63,831 nt of DNA from Octopus bimaculoides (GCF_001194135.2 NC_068985.1:121533551-121597381); one strand, 5' to 3'; counted from the stretch's first letter, positions 1-12,677 are shown. The notes: generated by a model from the letters alone, not told the origin. Numbers and translations are program-made.

Positions 1-1302
1 AAAGTGTTTGATGTGAAGAAAGTTTGAAAATATATATTACTTATGAATTATGAGGTCATTCTCAGTTGAAATAGCTTTGTGGAGAGTGTTAAACTGAAGA
101 TCTAAGAGTCTCTTGTTTAATCTTAGGCATCAACATGTTGAGTTTCTGTTTTGTTCTTGTGATCATTATTAATCAAAATTAAGTCATTTGACTGACTTAA
201 TTAGGAAAGAGGTCTTAGTCATATCTACCTCCCAAATGTATCATCATCATAGATTTTTTTTCTTCTTTAGCTCTATTGCGACAGAATTGTGAAATTCCAA
301 ACAAATATTGTCGGCATAAGTAGTCAACTGCTAAATGCTTAATCAGTTCATGGACCACTGACATGTTCAAAGTCAAAGAGCATACATTCGTACCTTTTTA
401 ATCATGAGTACTTCTATCTTGCATGATTGCTTAACATTAAACCATTCTCCTGAGTTTAGCACATTTTCATAGCAGCAGCAACAAGAACAATAGTTTTTAA
501 GGCTATGTTCCCAGATAAAGTAGAAGTTAACCTTGCAGGGCTCTATGGCAGTTTTTGCTATCTCCCACCCTTTGCTCTCATTTCCACCTACATCATCTTT
601 AACCATATCTTTTTCAGTCTCTTCCTACTTTCCACATTCATTTGCATCATTTTCTCAACCAGTCAATTTCATGACTCACTTCTACTACTGTTCTTGCCTT
701 TCTGCACATATGGTCACACTTCTGGTCAGTGCCTTCATCACTTCCTCTGGTCTTCTTGTCATCATTTCTACATTCCATATCCCACTATCTTTTTATAGTT
801 TCTACAAAAGACATCAAGCACTTGGCCATCATAATTGGGCTGAATTTTTCCCTTACTTCAAGTTCCGATTATAATTTTTAATGAGACAGGAAGGTAACTC
901 TACCGATATTTAATCATATGCATCTTGGGAGCTTTCTGGTGTGCCAACCATTTTAGTCAACTCCTACAACACAAAAGGATACAATGTACTTAATCTAAGC
1001 TGTGATATACATTATGTACATTTTCTTGCATTGTTATCAATCTCAATTAGCTCTTAACATACAATTTAACGCAAACATAAAGAGCATTTGGCCCAATATC
1101 CTAGTTTGCTGCTCTGATTTCAAATCATTTAATGATAGAAACTAGCACTAATAGTTCTATTTGTATCAGTTACTTTCCTTTTTCTACTGATTTTAGTTGC
1201 AATTATACTATATGTGATGAAGAATGACATCTTTGTTACTCTTGCAAACTTTTATCATATACTTTAGAAATTAAGATTGCTTTGTTTTTATAATTCTTTT
1301 AG

Positions 1303-1415
1303 GTATATAGATATCTGAGAATGTTTGATAAAGATGCTGGATTCAAGTTGATACCTTGTTATCGATATAAATGTGATGGACAGGTTGGTGGGAAAATTTG
1401 TTCTACGAGAAAATG
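1303..1415 (+). CDS. KMT5B: Suv4-20/KMT5B histone H4K20 methyltransferase, first in-window exon (pre-SET/SET start); upstream exons outside window
   Basis: Acceptor ttcttttAG at 1301-1302, donor GTGAGT at 1416. Translates VYRYLRMFDKDAGFKLIPCYRYKCDGQVGGKICSTRKW, matching the Suv4-20 YLRMF..GF...PC.RY...G.KI.AT..W segment. Confidence 0.95.
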
Positions 1416-2330
1416 GTGAGTTAATTTCTATTTTCTAATAAACAAATTGATCTTTTACATTATACCAGAAATTTTATAATCAGATTACTGTTTGTATGTT
1501 CACTAGAACATTCCATGAAAAAATATCTTTCTGAAGACAAGCAGTTTTAGTTATAAGACTAAAATTTAATCTCATAACATCAGTTGGTGTAAATTTATAT
1601 GCACTGTGTACTCGCTTTGAATCAGATGATGAAAATATATGCAGCCCTATCTGCTGCGGTTTTGTACCTGTTTGTGTACCGGTTGATATAAATATCTGCT
1701 ATCACTCACGGAGTCGATAATAGAGGCCACTGTGCAAATTTCAAGGAATCTGATAGGTTTGTTAGACTCTTCATGCAAATATTTCTAACTCAGTTTGAGA
1801 CTTCATCACCATAATAGTATAAAAGCAGCAGTTTTGGCAGTTACACCATTTCTGCTATGATTTCCTATCAAATTTGTGCACATTCAGCAAATTCTTCTGG
1901 CCCTTCACAGAATTTACAGTTGCATCCAGCTACCCCGGTTTCGTTGAATTTACGGTCCTTGCAGTGATGACAGTTTACATAAATAAACAGTACATGCTTT
2001 AAAGTGGTTGACGCAAATATACGCAGAACCATTCTGTGCTAATTGCTAATCTTGGCTGAGATGATTGCCGTCAGTGCACCCTAGCTGCCTGATAAAAGAC
2101 TTGAAGAATGTTAAAAAAACATTTTTTTTTTTTTCTTTTTTCATTTTTATTTTGAATTGCTTTACTTATATTTTGATTACTCATGTTCAAATTTTGTTGT
2201 TCTGTTTAAGTAAACAAATTAGACTGTTAATGATGTGTGCTGAAGTCTTTATTAATTATGTGTCATTATATACAATTATTATTCTGTATGATCTCCAGTT
2301 GATTAAGGTAGTTTTTATATGATATTGTAG

Positions 2331-2517
2331 GCGGAAACAAAATCGAGTTCCCATGCTAGTTGGTTGTATTGCTGAATTGACTAAACTTGAAGAAGAACAA
2401 CTCTTGAAACCTGGTCTAAATGATTTTAGTGTTATGTTTTCTTGTCGCAAGAACTGTGCTCAATTATGGTTGGGCCCTGCATCTTTTATTAACCATGATT
2501 GCAGACCTAATTGTAAG
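2331..2517 (+). CDS. KMT5B: Suv4-20/KMT5B SET-domain exon
   Basis: AG at 2329-2330, GT at 2518; phase 2 join completes Trp. Encodes LVGCIAEL...[33 protein letters not shown], the diagnostic Suv4-20 SET motif including NHDC. Confidence 0.97.
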
Positions 2518-3375
2518 GTAACTTTTCTGTTTTTCTATCATTTACTAAATTTTTCAATTTGTGTGTTTAAAAAAAAAAAACAAATGAAATTACCAAATGG
2601 ACATGGTATATAAGTACCAGTTTATGTTTCATGGGTTCATATTTGTTAAAAATGTTTTGGTGTGTCTTAACAGAATTCTTAATATCACATTGTCTCAATT
2701 TACACAGACTAGGCACTGATTTTCTGTTAAAGTCACTTCTAATAGACTGCCCTCTTGTCTCTTGATAAATCTTTCAATCACTTAATGTAAGATTCTATAC
2801 TAGTTTTAGGAATACTTGTAGTTAATGAAAAGTGTGTGAATTTTCATGTGTAAAAACGAAATAGTACTGAAATTACTACAGAGTACGGTTGAAAAGTTGT
2901 AATCTTAGTTGCAAAAGCTCTTAAATTCTCAAATCATGTTGTCTTGTTAAACAGTTGAGTTGATATTCTGTAAACACTTAAACTGGTCATGCATGGCTAT
3001 GATTGACAACTGCCAGATATATGCGAAACAGTAATAGAGATGTCCTATGTTTCTGCTACAGTTATGATGTTGAGGTTTTGTTGTCCCTCCTTCCTGAGCT
3101 GCTTCTATCTCTCTTGTCTAACCTCCCCCACCCTTGCTATTTCCCATCAACCACACCTCCACCTTTGTTTGTCACCCACTACTTCTAACCCCATCTCTAG
3201 CTATCCATTACTGTTTCTCACACTTTTATGAAATTATCTACCATCTCATCCACCCCTTGATCTGCTGTCAGTATTCACTCTTATATTCACCTTCTTGTAA
3301 TTGTTACAGTTCGCTCTAGCACATTGTTGCAACTGTCTTTATCTTCTTAACTACTCCCACCCACTCTTATATAAT

Positions 3376-3855
3376 ATAGCAAGACATCTGTGTTTATCCT
3401 ATCATATTTAGCTTCTCAATACCTAGCATTAAGCCACTTCCCTCTCTTAAATATACCACATACTTAGTCAAGGTGTTTTCTTTATCTTGTCATGCGAGTT
3501 ACTTGCTAGTGACATGTAAATAGCACCATTTGAGCTTGATTGTTACCAGCGTCACCTTACTGGCACTTTAGAAAATCATTTTGAGCGAGGTCATTGCCAG
3601 TGCAGATGGCATGTAAGAAACACCATTTTGAGCATGGCTGTTGCCAGTATCGTGTGACTGGCCCTCGTGCCGGTGGCACGTAAAAGCACCCACTACACTC
3701 TTGGAGTGGTTGGCATTAGGAAGGGCATCTAGCTGTAGAAACTCTGCCAGATCAGATTGGAGCCTGGTGCAGCCATCCGGTTCACCAGTCCTCAGTCAAA
3801 TCGTCCAACTCATGCTAGCATGGAAAGCGGACGTTAAACGATGAAGATGATGATG
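3376..3855 (+). mobile_element. Non-autonomous repeat ending in the RTE-type 3' tail, in intron 2
   Basis: Ends TGGTTGGCATTAGGAAGGGCATC...CATGCTAGCATGGAAAGCGGACGTTAAACG(ATG)n. Internal ~60-bp tandem modules at 3517-3700. The upstream part (ATAGCAAGACATCTG...GAGTTACTTG) is shared with 36470-36590. Confidence 0.8.
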
Positions 3856-3930
3856 TTTATGTGTGTATATGTAAAAGTGTGTATATATGTATGTATTTAT
3901 ATTTATAACTTAATCTTATAATAAACTTTC

Positions 3931-4067
3931 TATATTCTCTGATGAAGCCCAGAGACACATCCAAGTACCTTAATCTCATCTACCATCTACCAAATACTTC
4001 AGTTCACTGAAGGGATGGAAGTAGAGTGGGGTACTATGGCTTCTTGGCTGAAATAGCTGTAAGATAC
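3931..4067 (+). ncRNA. Hammerhead-ribozyme-like motif (type I, long stem II), probably a Penelope pLTR remnant
   Basis: CTGATGA 3939-3945; stem II AGCC...GGCT with internal pairings; GAAA 4050-4053; near-palindromic helix III ATAGCTGT; GUA triplet 4059-4061; 3-bp stem I TCT/AGA. Confidence 0.55.
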
Positions 4068-4441
4068 TATCCTACTTTTGATGCTCTACGTTATATATTT
4101 TAATAATTACCGGTATTTTTATATGTAGAGCATAATATGTTATACATGTATGTATATTTTTATATTTTTGTTTTTTTGTTGTTTTTTTTATAAATAAATA
4201 GGCATGATAGAATGTCTAAAAGTTGATGAACACCACCTCTCGATCCCCTTCACTTTCTTATTGCTGTATAAATTAAGGGTGAAAAAACTTTACCCTCACC
4301 CATTTATTACATTCAGTAGTGTAATTGCCATGCAATGAAAAAGCACTTGTGTATTAATAATTGGGTATTCTACCAGCAGTATATTGGATAGATATTATCC
4401 CTTAGTTGGTTGGATTCACAACCTTTAAATCTCTTGGAATT

Positions 4442-4479
<38 letters not shown>

Positions 4480-5255
4480 GTTCTGGAACTGCAGAGAAAA
4501 AACTAATCAATAATTTCACACAATATCATTTTCATTGTTTTGTTAAATGAATGTGAACAAATCTCTGTAGTAAGTTAGGTTTATATCATAATTAATTCAA
4601 AAGGAAACTTGAAACAGTTATATGTAAAATATGATCTTGTTTCTTTGGTATTTCAAATCTATAAAAGTTAAGTGCCAAAAAATTGGTTGAATTGTTAATA
4701 AGGGAGGCAATGATCAAAATCATACCAACAATAGTAGGCCAACCAGCAAGTGGGATTTGCTAATTGTATTAGTGTAACAAACATAAGAAACTGAGCATGT
4801 TATATATTTATCCACTTCATGCAGGTATCAATACGTTCAACTACATGGTGGCTAAAATTGGTGTGTGTAGATTTTTTAAGACAGACTGGAAGGGATTTAG
4901 TATGGCAGTGTGATTGCCTGCAGAATTGGGTAATGTTGTTTGTTAGTGTTATGATATATATTTTAGAAAGTCTAGAATATACAGATTAACATATTAATTA
5001 TATCAAAGATTAACATAGCTAATAGAAAAAATAATTATAAGACTGTTTAGAATATGCAGATTGTTATTTTGGAAAAGTTTTAAAACTGTCTTTAAATGAT
5101 AGCTTTTGACAGTTTCCTGTGAGTGTATAAAGTCTCTACACAACATTTATATATAAAAACTGACTTGCTGAAATCATATAAATATAATTAAAAGTTTTTT
5201 TTTTCAACATCTTCAAGAATTGCTTTGTTAAGATTAAAAAAATTTATGTCAACAG

Positions 5256-5392
5256 TTTGTGTCTACTGGTCGGGATACTGCCTGTGTTGAAGTACTCAGG
5301 GATATTGAATCTAATGAAGAAATAACATGTTACTATGGAGAAGATTTCTTTGGTGATAAAAACTGCTTATGTGAGTGTGTTACATGTGAGAG
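5256..5392 (+). CDS. KMT5B: Suv4-20/KMT5B SET end / post-SET zinc exon
   Basis: cAG at 5254-5255, GTAAGT at 5393. Encodes [46 protein letters not shown] (EEI.CYYG and C.CxxC post-SET motif). Confidence 0.97.
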
Positions 5393-6655
5393 GTAAGTAA
5401 ATAATTTCGAAATTTTTCAAATACAAGCCAAAAAAAAAAAAATGTTCTGTATTGTTAAAGAACTATAGTTAATATTCTATTTCTTTAAATTTCATTCATA
5501 TTTTATTTTAATGTATCTTAAATACTTTCTAGGTATTTTTAATGTTGGTGCCACATGATCCAGTTCTTTGGTTTGAAATTTTATTATGATTGTAAATATA
5601 CAGGACTCTTATAATGTTGAGGGAAGCCCTCTAACTGGTGTTGTGGATGGAGCAAATATATAATCAGAGAATAGCAGTATGGTGTCTGAATAATATAGTA
5701 TGTATGACTAGAAGACCTTTTCATAAGGTTCGTGAAGAAAGCTAAACAGCAGATAAAACCAGCTCCTTGCTTTTGTTTTATGCCAAAAATATGTTCCAAA
5801 TTACTGCAGTGTATATCCAGAAAATTCAGGATATACTAGGGGAGAAATGATTTGGATACACTTTCGTTAAATGAAATGAAAAAATGTGAAAGTGGTACTA
5901 GATAAATCAGTCCACAAGAATGGGTGCACTGAAGTTGGTACAGTTTCTGCATCTTCAGATCAATCTTGAATAAACAAAAGTAGCAAAGCTAGGTTCTAAT
6001 AAATGCATCTGATAATACACAGGCAGCATTGAGAAGTTGGAGGAGAAACTATTTACAATATAGAGAGATTAAATGAAGCTTCAGTAGTAGTTAGATAAGA
6101 ATGTCATACTTGTTCATGGAGGAGTGCTATATCATACATTGTTCAACTACCGCTACAGTGGAAAGCTGACTTAGAAATTGTACTGAACTTAATGACTGAA
6201 GAAAGTAAGAAAACAGTTTCAAATAACACAGTTGTCAAAAGACTATTTCTTACTGGGAATCATATGCTAATTTGTTAGCTGACAAAACTGTTTATTGGCC
6301 CTGTTACCTTAAGTATTCAAAAGGAATGTACTTTCAGTTTTGTAAGAAAGGTTTGGTTGCTGTATTTTACTAAGCTTACTAATTGGTTCATGGCCTAGTA
6401 ATGATGCTTACTCGCCAAGTTGGCTCTGGTTCAGCAGGCCTATATTCAAAGGTATTCCAGTCATGACTATCCTATAAATTTAGAAATGTTTAGAACTACA
6501 TTGTCCAATATACCCTTTCATTACTTAAAATGTTGATGTGATCTGAGGGATTTTGGCTACTATTTCAAGCAGCTTCAGCCACTTTATAAGTGCTCCTGAT
6601 TACCTTGTTTCTATTTTTTTAAACCATTGCCATAAATGTGAATTTTATCTTACAG

Positions 6656-6819
6656 GCGTAAAAAAGGTGCTTTTCAAGTAAAAGATCCACCTGGAAGCCC
6701 TGAACTGGACCAAGGTTACAAATTTCGGGATACTAATGATCGGATAAATAGAATGAAAAATCAGGCACTTCAGTCAAAAATGTCAATTAGGGTGAATGAG
6801 GCCTATATATCTGGAAATG
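6656..6819 (+). CDS. KMT5B: Suv4-20/KMT5B exon after post-SET
   Basis: tacAG at 6654-6655. Encodes RRKKGAFQ...YKFRDTNDRINRMK, similar to the family R..GAF...Y.LRETDKRLNR segment. The donor GTAGGT at 6820 gives phase 1, compatible with the last exon. Confidence 0.88.
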
Positions 6820-9800
6820 GTAGGTATTCTAAATTTTTTTTCTCTTTTTGGTCTGTGAGTGAAAAATGTGTGCCCGGATATGTTTCAATCCTGAAGATTT
6901 CCTGCACATCTTTCAAAATTAGTGTCAGTATAAGGTTTTATGGCCTTCCTAAGGGAAAATACTTGCTCTTTACCCAAATAAATATCTTGGTCCAAAGAAT
7001 TTCCAATTTACTCTTAGACGTTTTCACTTTCTCCATGCTTCTCTTCATGTCCCTACCAAAATATTAGACATTTTGAAGTAACTAAATTATTTTTCTTCTT
7101 TTCACACGATGCTGCCGGTGGGCTTGCCATTCTGGAGAGTTTTTGTAAGAAGCCACCCCATTTGGAGCTGGAGCCTTTAAAGACAGATTAAACATTGCAA
7201 ACAAACATGTAATATTCTCTTTAAATTTTCTATTATGGACTAGAGAAAAATCATTTCAAAATTATCATTTTACAATTTAAAAAGAAATATTTATTATGCA
7301 AAAAATAGTAGCTATTCGTAAATTGACCTTTTTCACAAGCTGCTGAAGCGTAGAAGGTTAGGGAATCTTTCAAGAAACAGAATTTCAGTTTTAGTTTGGT
7401 TTCTTAATATCCTTCAACTGCAACAGAATCTAACAACTTTATCAGCAGACCTTAAGCAGAGCAATTTTCCCATTAGGAACTGAAGTATTTCTAATGCTAA
7501 CTAAGCTTCTCTTTCCTTGAGAATTTATGAATGTTTTAACTCCTACTCTCTCCCTTATATCTTTTCTTCCACCATATAAGTAACTGGGTTTTTTTTCTTA
7601 TCTATTTAATTTCAATTAATGTATTTTTTTAAGGCAAGGGAAAAAAATATGTCCGGCATTGTTTTATTCATAAAATGCCTAATTTCCACGTTTCAGCGGA
7701 TTGTCAAACTTTTGTGAAATAGGCATCTATTGTTCATATTTTTGGTGACAATGTTTTTTATTTATTAGAATGTGATGCCTGAATGCTATGTTTCATTTGG
7801 ATTGCAGGAGGCTTCTTTTGTTTTTCTTCTCTTTTCTTATTACCACATACCTTTTTATTTGTTTAACTTGTGTATTAATAGCAACAGCAATATTTATCTT
7901 CATTTTATTGATGCTCAACAAATATAACAAGAATTAATCCTAGTTGAATGTTTATAAACAGATTTGTTATTTAAGAATAGCTTGGCTATTTTTAAAATCT
8001 TGATTGACTGAAACCAAAGATGGACAATTTGTACTTAAGTCTGTAAAAATATTTGAACACCAGAAAAGTGTAATTGTGGTATTATATGTTGAAATGATTT
8101 GCATTTTGTTAAATGAACTATTAGGATTGGGAAAAAATCTTAATAGTTCATTTCTGGTTATTTCAAGTTTATTCAGTGGATTTCAAAACATTCTGCATGC
8201 TATTGTAGTCATTAAGCAGGTAAGGATGTAATGATTTACCAAAAGTGCTCTATAAATGATCTTTTTTTTTTTTTTAACTTTTACTCTAGCATTACATTAA
8301 GAAGTATAAATAGTAAATGTAAATGCATTATAATTTGTATAAGAATTTTGACCCTACTCCCTCTATTGTGCTGCGTCCTCTTACTTAAATTTTAAAATTG
8401 CTGTGCTGTTATCAGTTGCATTGTAAAAATGTTTCCCCTTTGCTTATTTATTCCTATTGTGATGTGAATTTATTGCTTGCTGCCTCTGCTTGTTCAGGCC
8501 TCTAATTATCACTCTACCTTTGATGATTGCTTCTCAAAATAGCATTTGTGAGCTTTTTGTCATGTTAGGAAATTATACATGATAATCCTTTATTTTTAAT
8601 TATTTACCCTCAAGTGACTGATCATGTTTTAAATCCAATGTAATCTATATAGTCTAAGTTGTTATTTTAAAAATACCTCTTACTATAATGTTTATAAATT
8701 TCTTTCTCTATAATCACCTATGAAGTATATTCTTATATAACATTTTTACTTTAAAATAACCACTTTTTGTTTCACTTTACAACTTAGTCTATTGAAATTA
8801 TTATTTTCTTGAAATAATTCAGTTTAATTCATTGATTTGTGAGAAAATGATAGAGGAATTATTATAAACAATTATTTTAATGAATCTGGTATGATTTAGG
8901 CTCTCTTTTCTTTAGAGAGTAACAGTGACCAAATTAATAAGGTACTGGACAAACTCGTTAAAACTTAAGTTTGTACCTGTCTTGAATAATTAGATATCAA
9001 GTCAAGATGTTTATCTCTAAACACCTGAGTCTACCTAAATGGGTAGAATGAATTTTATAATTCATACTGTTGGCAACTGCTCTCTGGAATTGTTAAGAAT
9101 ATTTTGTTGGCTAACAGTGCTGAGTTTTCAGATCCAATGTCAGGAATAAATAACTGAAATAAATTGGCACCTCAGTTTCTCTCCATTTGTGTTATGGAAA
9201 CTAAAGCTGGATCCTTGTGGATGTTTGTTAGTATTAGACAATTTGATCTGGGTACTGGAAACTACACAATTTCTATTTAAATTAACTATTTAACCTGCCT
9301 GTCAACAAAATTGTCAGCTCCTCCTCCAGGTCATAATACAGAATCAGTTATAAAATGCAAACTCTTAATCATTTAGATATGTTTTTGTTTTTTTCACTTC
9401 CACTATGATGATTATTGACCTTTTGTGATACAAGCCTCTCAAATCCTATTAGCTAAGGAATATAGTGTGTTCTCTCTATACAATTATCTTTCATAAAATG
9501 GATAAATAACTTCTGCAAGAATATATTTTTAAATCAGAATCAAAATGATTAAGATAATTGTACATTTCACAAATTTGAAAAACTCATTTCAGAATCATAT
9601 TTTACAATATAGTTAGTATTAAAATCTTTAATTACCATTTAGTATACCAGTCAACTATATCTTAAGTGAATGTTTAAAATATATTATTCAGCCAACTGAA
9701 CATGTGAAAGAGCATCCTGACTTCATGTTTTAGAATATTAAATAGTATTTAGGTAGCCTTTAATGATCAAAATGTGTCTTTAAATAGTTTCCATAACAAT

Positions 9801-9963
9801 ATTCTTTTCAATTTTACAGAATTAATATTTCCAAAGCTTCTTTCTGCAGCTCTTCAATGTCCCAGATATTTTCACATGGTTAGCTTTGTATTTTTTCTAA
9901 CTCTTTTCATTTTAGTTAATGATTTCTATATGTAATGTGCATTTTTCTCTTAATCTTTTACAG

Positions 9964-12677
9964 AAAATTGGGATTTCCGTTCCACAAATCTGAAAAAAAA
10001 TGGACACCTCTTGAAGTCTGCAGAGTTGAAGAAACGAGGTATTACACGCTATGATGCTGAGATTCTCCTTTCTCAGGGTATCAACTTGCCTGAACCTAAA
10101 GTGGTGCTGGAGCGTCAGTTACCAGTCTCAATCAATGGCAGTCGGTCAGTTAATTTGAGTGAAGCTATGCACAGAGACCAAAGGAATGCTAGAAGAAAAC
10201 GAGCCAAACAAAGCCCAAATAAATCAGTCCACAAGAATGGGTGTACTGAAGTTGGTACAGCTGCTGCATCTTCAGAAGAAATGAAAGCAACACCATCTGA
10301 TGGTACTGCTCGCATTCCTGATATTTCTATTGCTGATGAAGTACCAGCTGAGCTGTCTGTGAGTTCCTCACAACAGACAAAAGAAACCTTTTCTTCGACT
10401 GCGATTGTTCCATCTGCATCTGAACTTAGCAATGAACAAGCAAAGACTGAAGCTTTCAAGTCAGACAGCCAGTCAGCTGTTCTGCATCTTAATAATAGCA
10501 GGAAGCCTTCTAAATTAGATGCAGCAGATACTGTCAGTGATAGTTGCAACAACGGCAGCCTAACAAATGGGAATTCTCAGTTCAATCAAGACAAGTATCA
10601 ACTTGATTGTGAAGGGGCCCAAAGGGAAAATCCAGAAATCGAATTAGTTCCACCATCACTTGCATTACCATCAGTAACACTGCAGCAGGAAACAAAACAG
10701 GGCCAAACACTCTCAGCATTAGTTCTCAATGGAGAAGACAATACTAAAATAGAATTAAAGACAGCTTTAGAGTCAAAAATTTCACCATTAGTTCCTGCTA
10801 AAAATATATGTCAAAAAGATTTTTACCCAACCACCAATGAAAATTCTCAAAAACTAGAAACCCCCTCCAAAATTTCATGCCTGACTAATGGAGATACTGC
10901 TGAAAAGTTGGGAGGACAATCTGATTGTTTGCGACCCAATCAGCTGACCATCAACAGTAAGAATGACTGCTGGAAGTCATTGACTGACAGTGAGATTGCA
11001 GCTTCAACACACTCCATGGCCAACCTGCAGGTCAGTGATGTGTCTATGGATAGTACAGCAATCTACAATCAAGACAAGAAACCTTTTATAAACAAAAGCA
11101 AACAATCTATTTCTCTAAAAAATAATACTACTGTCAGGTCAAGTCCTCGACTGCGGCAAAAACCATTTGATCAAAATTCCTCTGATGGTCATGATGATGA
11201 AACTAGTTCAAAGATGAATGGAGAGGTTTTGTCTGATGTACTAGACTCTCCCTCAAAAAGAACAAAATCCACAGATACAGAAAACATGCCTCTTGAAACG
11301 GACCCTATTTTTTTCCCAAAGAGCATCAAGATGGAACTTTCATCACCCAAAAATATAAAATCAGAAGTATTGTCTCCCCAAGGAGATTCAGAACAAAATG
11401 TCATACCTTCTTTTCCTCCACTTCTTTCTAAGATCAAAGTTGAATGTTTTCCACCTAAAATCTCACACACAGATACTTTATTTCCTAGTAGCCCCACTAA
11501 TACAGAGAGTATCTCCGTTCCAAAAATTAAAAGAGAAGATAATCCTTTCCTTTATTACACTTCTGAAAACATAGCCAAGTCTCCTCAAGCAGCTAAGTTG
11601 TCTTCCCAGTTTAGTGAAAAAACATGTAATTCTCTAAGCAACAAAATCCTTCTGTCTACCCCTTGTCATAAAGCCCCTAGTGCACCTAGCTCTCAAAAGC
11701 ATTCTCAGTCTGATGAAGTTTTTAAGCATTCATTTCTGCAATCTAAGATTCAGTCTACTCCACCTCATCTTAATTATATTCATGCAGCAGCTGATGTTAG
11801 TGCTGGTTTGCAGAGGACTTCTAAGATAGAAGCCTCTCAGTTTTCTGAGAAGCCTTCTGGCCTTGTGCCTTCCCCTCAATCTGATGTCCTACCATCACCT
11901 GTGCAAACAACAAAATTTGATTTAATAAATCAGTCAGTACCTAAAGTATGTGTAAATTTATTAGATAAGTTCTCTGAAACCAGCCCAACGTCATACACTC
12001 TTCTTAACACACCAGGAAGTTTGAAACTGCGCATTCGTGACCCTAGTATAAAATCTAGCTTCCCTGAAATAACTCGAAAAATGTTCAACCAACAGTGTAA
12101 AAAAAGCAGTCCTATAGCAGCTGCAGGGAGCAAACACCACAAATTGACTAATACAAAACGCAAGCATTCACTGCCTCGTTGCCATACGCGATATGATAGC
12201 AGCCTGGAAACTGAATCACAATATAAGATTCCTAAATTGACTATCCGCATGCGTCGAGACCCAATCCTGGAGGAACACCTATCTTCCAATCAATCAAACT
12301 GTGTCCTCTTTGATCTAGAGGATTCATCATCATCCTCATCATCATTATCATCATCCTCGTCCTCATCCACATCATCATCTTCGTCATCATCATCATCATC
12401 TTCCGCACCTCGGGAAGCACATTGTGATAGGTCCTCCTCTTCATCTTCTTCACACAAACACAGACGCCATCACAGAAACAGTAGCAGCAGCAGCAGCAGT
12501 AACATTTCAAAACACACTGAACATTCCTATCTGGCAACTCAAAAACAAACCAAGTCAACCCTTGATTACCACTACCAGTCGTGCCGGCCAATCCAAACAA
12601 CACCAAAAAAGTTACGGTTAAAATTACGAGATTGTGCATTTGAGCTCCACATCCCACCTGGTAGTATAGCAGAATAA
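9964..12677 (+). CDS. KMT5B: Suv4-20/KMT5B large terminal exon (low-complexity Ser/Pro-rich tail, poly-Ser, basic C-terminal motif)
   Basis: Polypyrimidine tract plus cAG at 9961-9963; open frame to TAA at 12675-12677. The five exons sum to 3315 nt, in frame. Contains ITRYDAE, EPKVVL, IPKLTIRMRR and PKKLRL motifs that I recall from vertebrate KMT5B tails. An extra exon in intron 6820-9963 cannot be excluded. Confidence 0.88.

Noticed and set aside
373-830. Purine-rich minus-strand stretch with a 77-aa ORF
   Set aside because: No recognisable domain, and not in frame with or similar to Suv4-20 N-terminal sequence; perhaps decayed repeat.
1620-2065. Possible box C/D snoRNAs in intron 1 (ATGATGA 1626...CTGA 1750; GTGATGA 1963...CTGA 2057)
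   Set aside because: No terminal stem and no recognisable rRNA/snRNA guide; such boxes arise by chance.
6830-7560. Coding-looking minus-strand stretch in intron 4
   Set aside because: Stop density by rough count is near chance for this composition, and I recognise no homolog.
8004-8231. 75-aa ORF with strong donor CAG|GTAAGG at 8220 (possible cassette exon)
   Set aside because: No clear acceptor or homology; exons 4 and 5 already join in frame.
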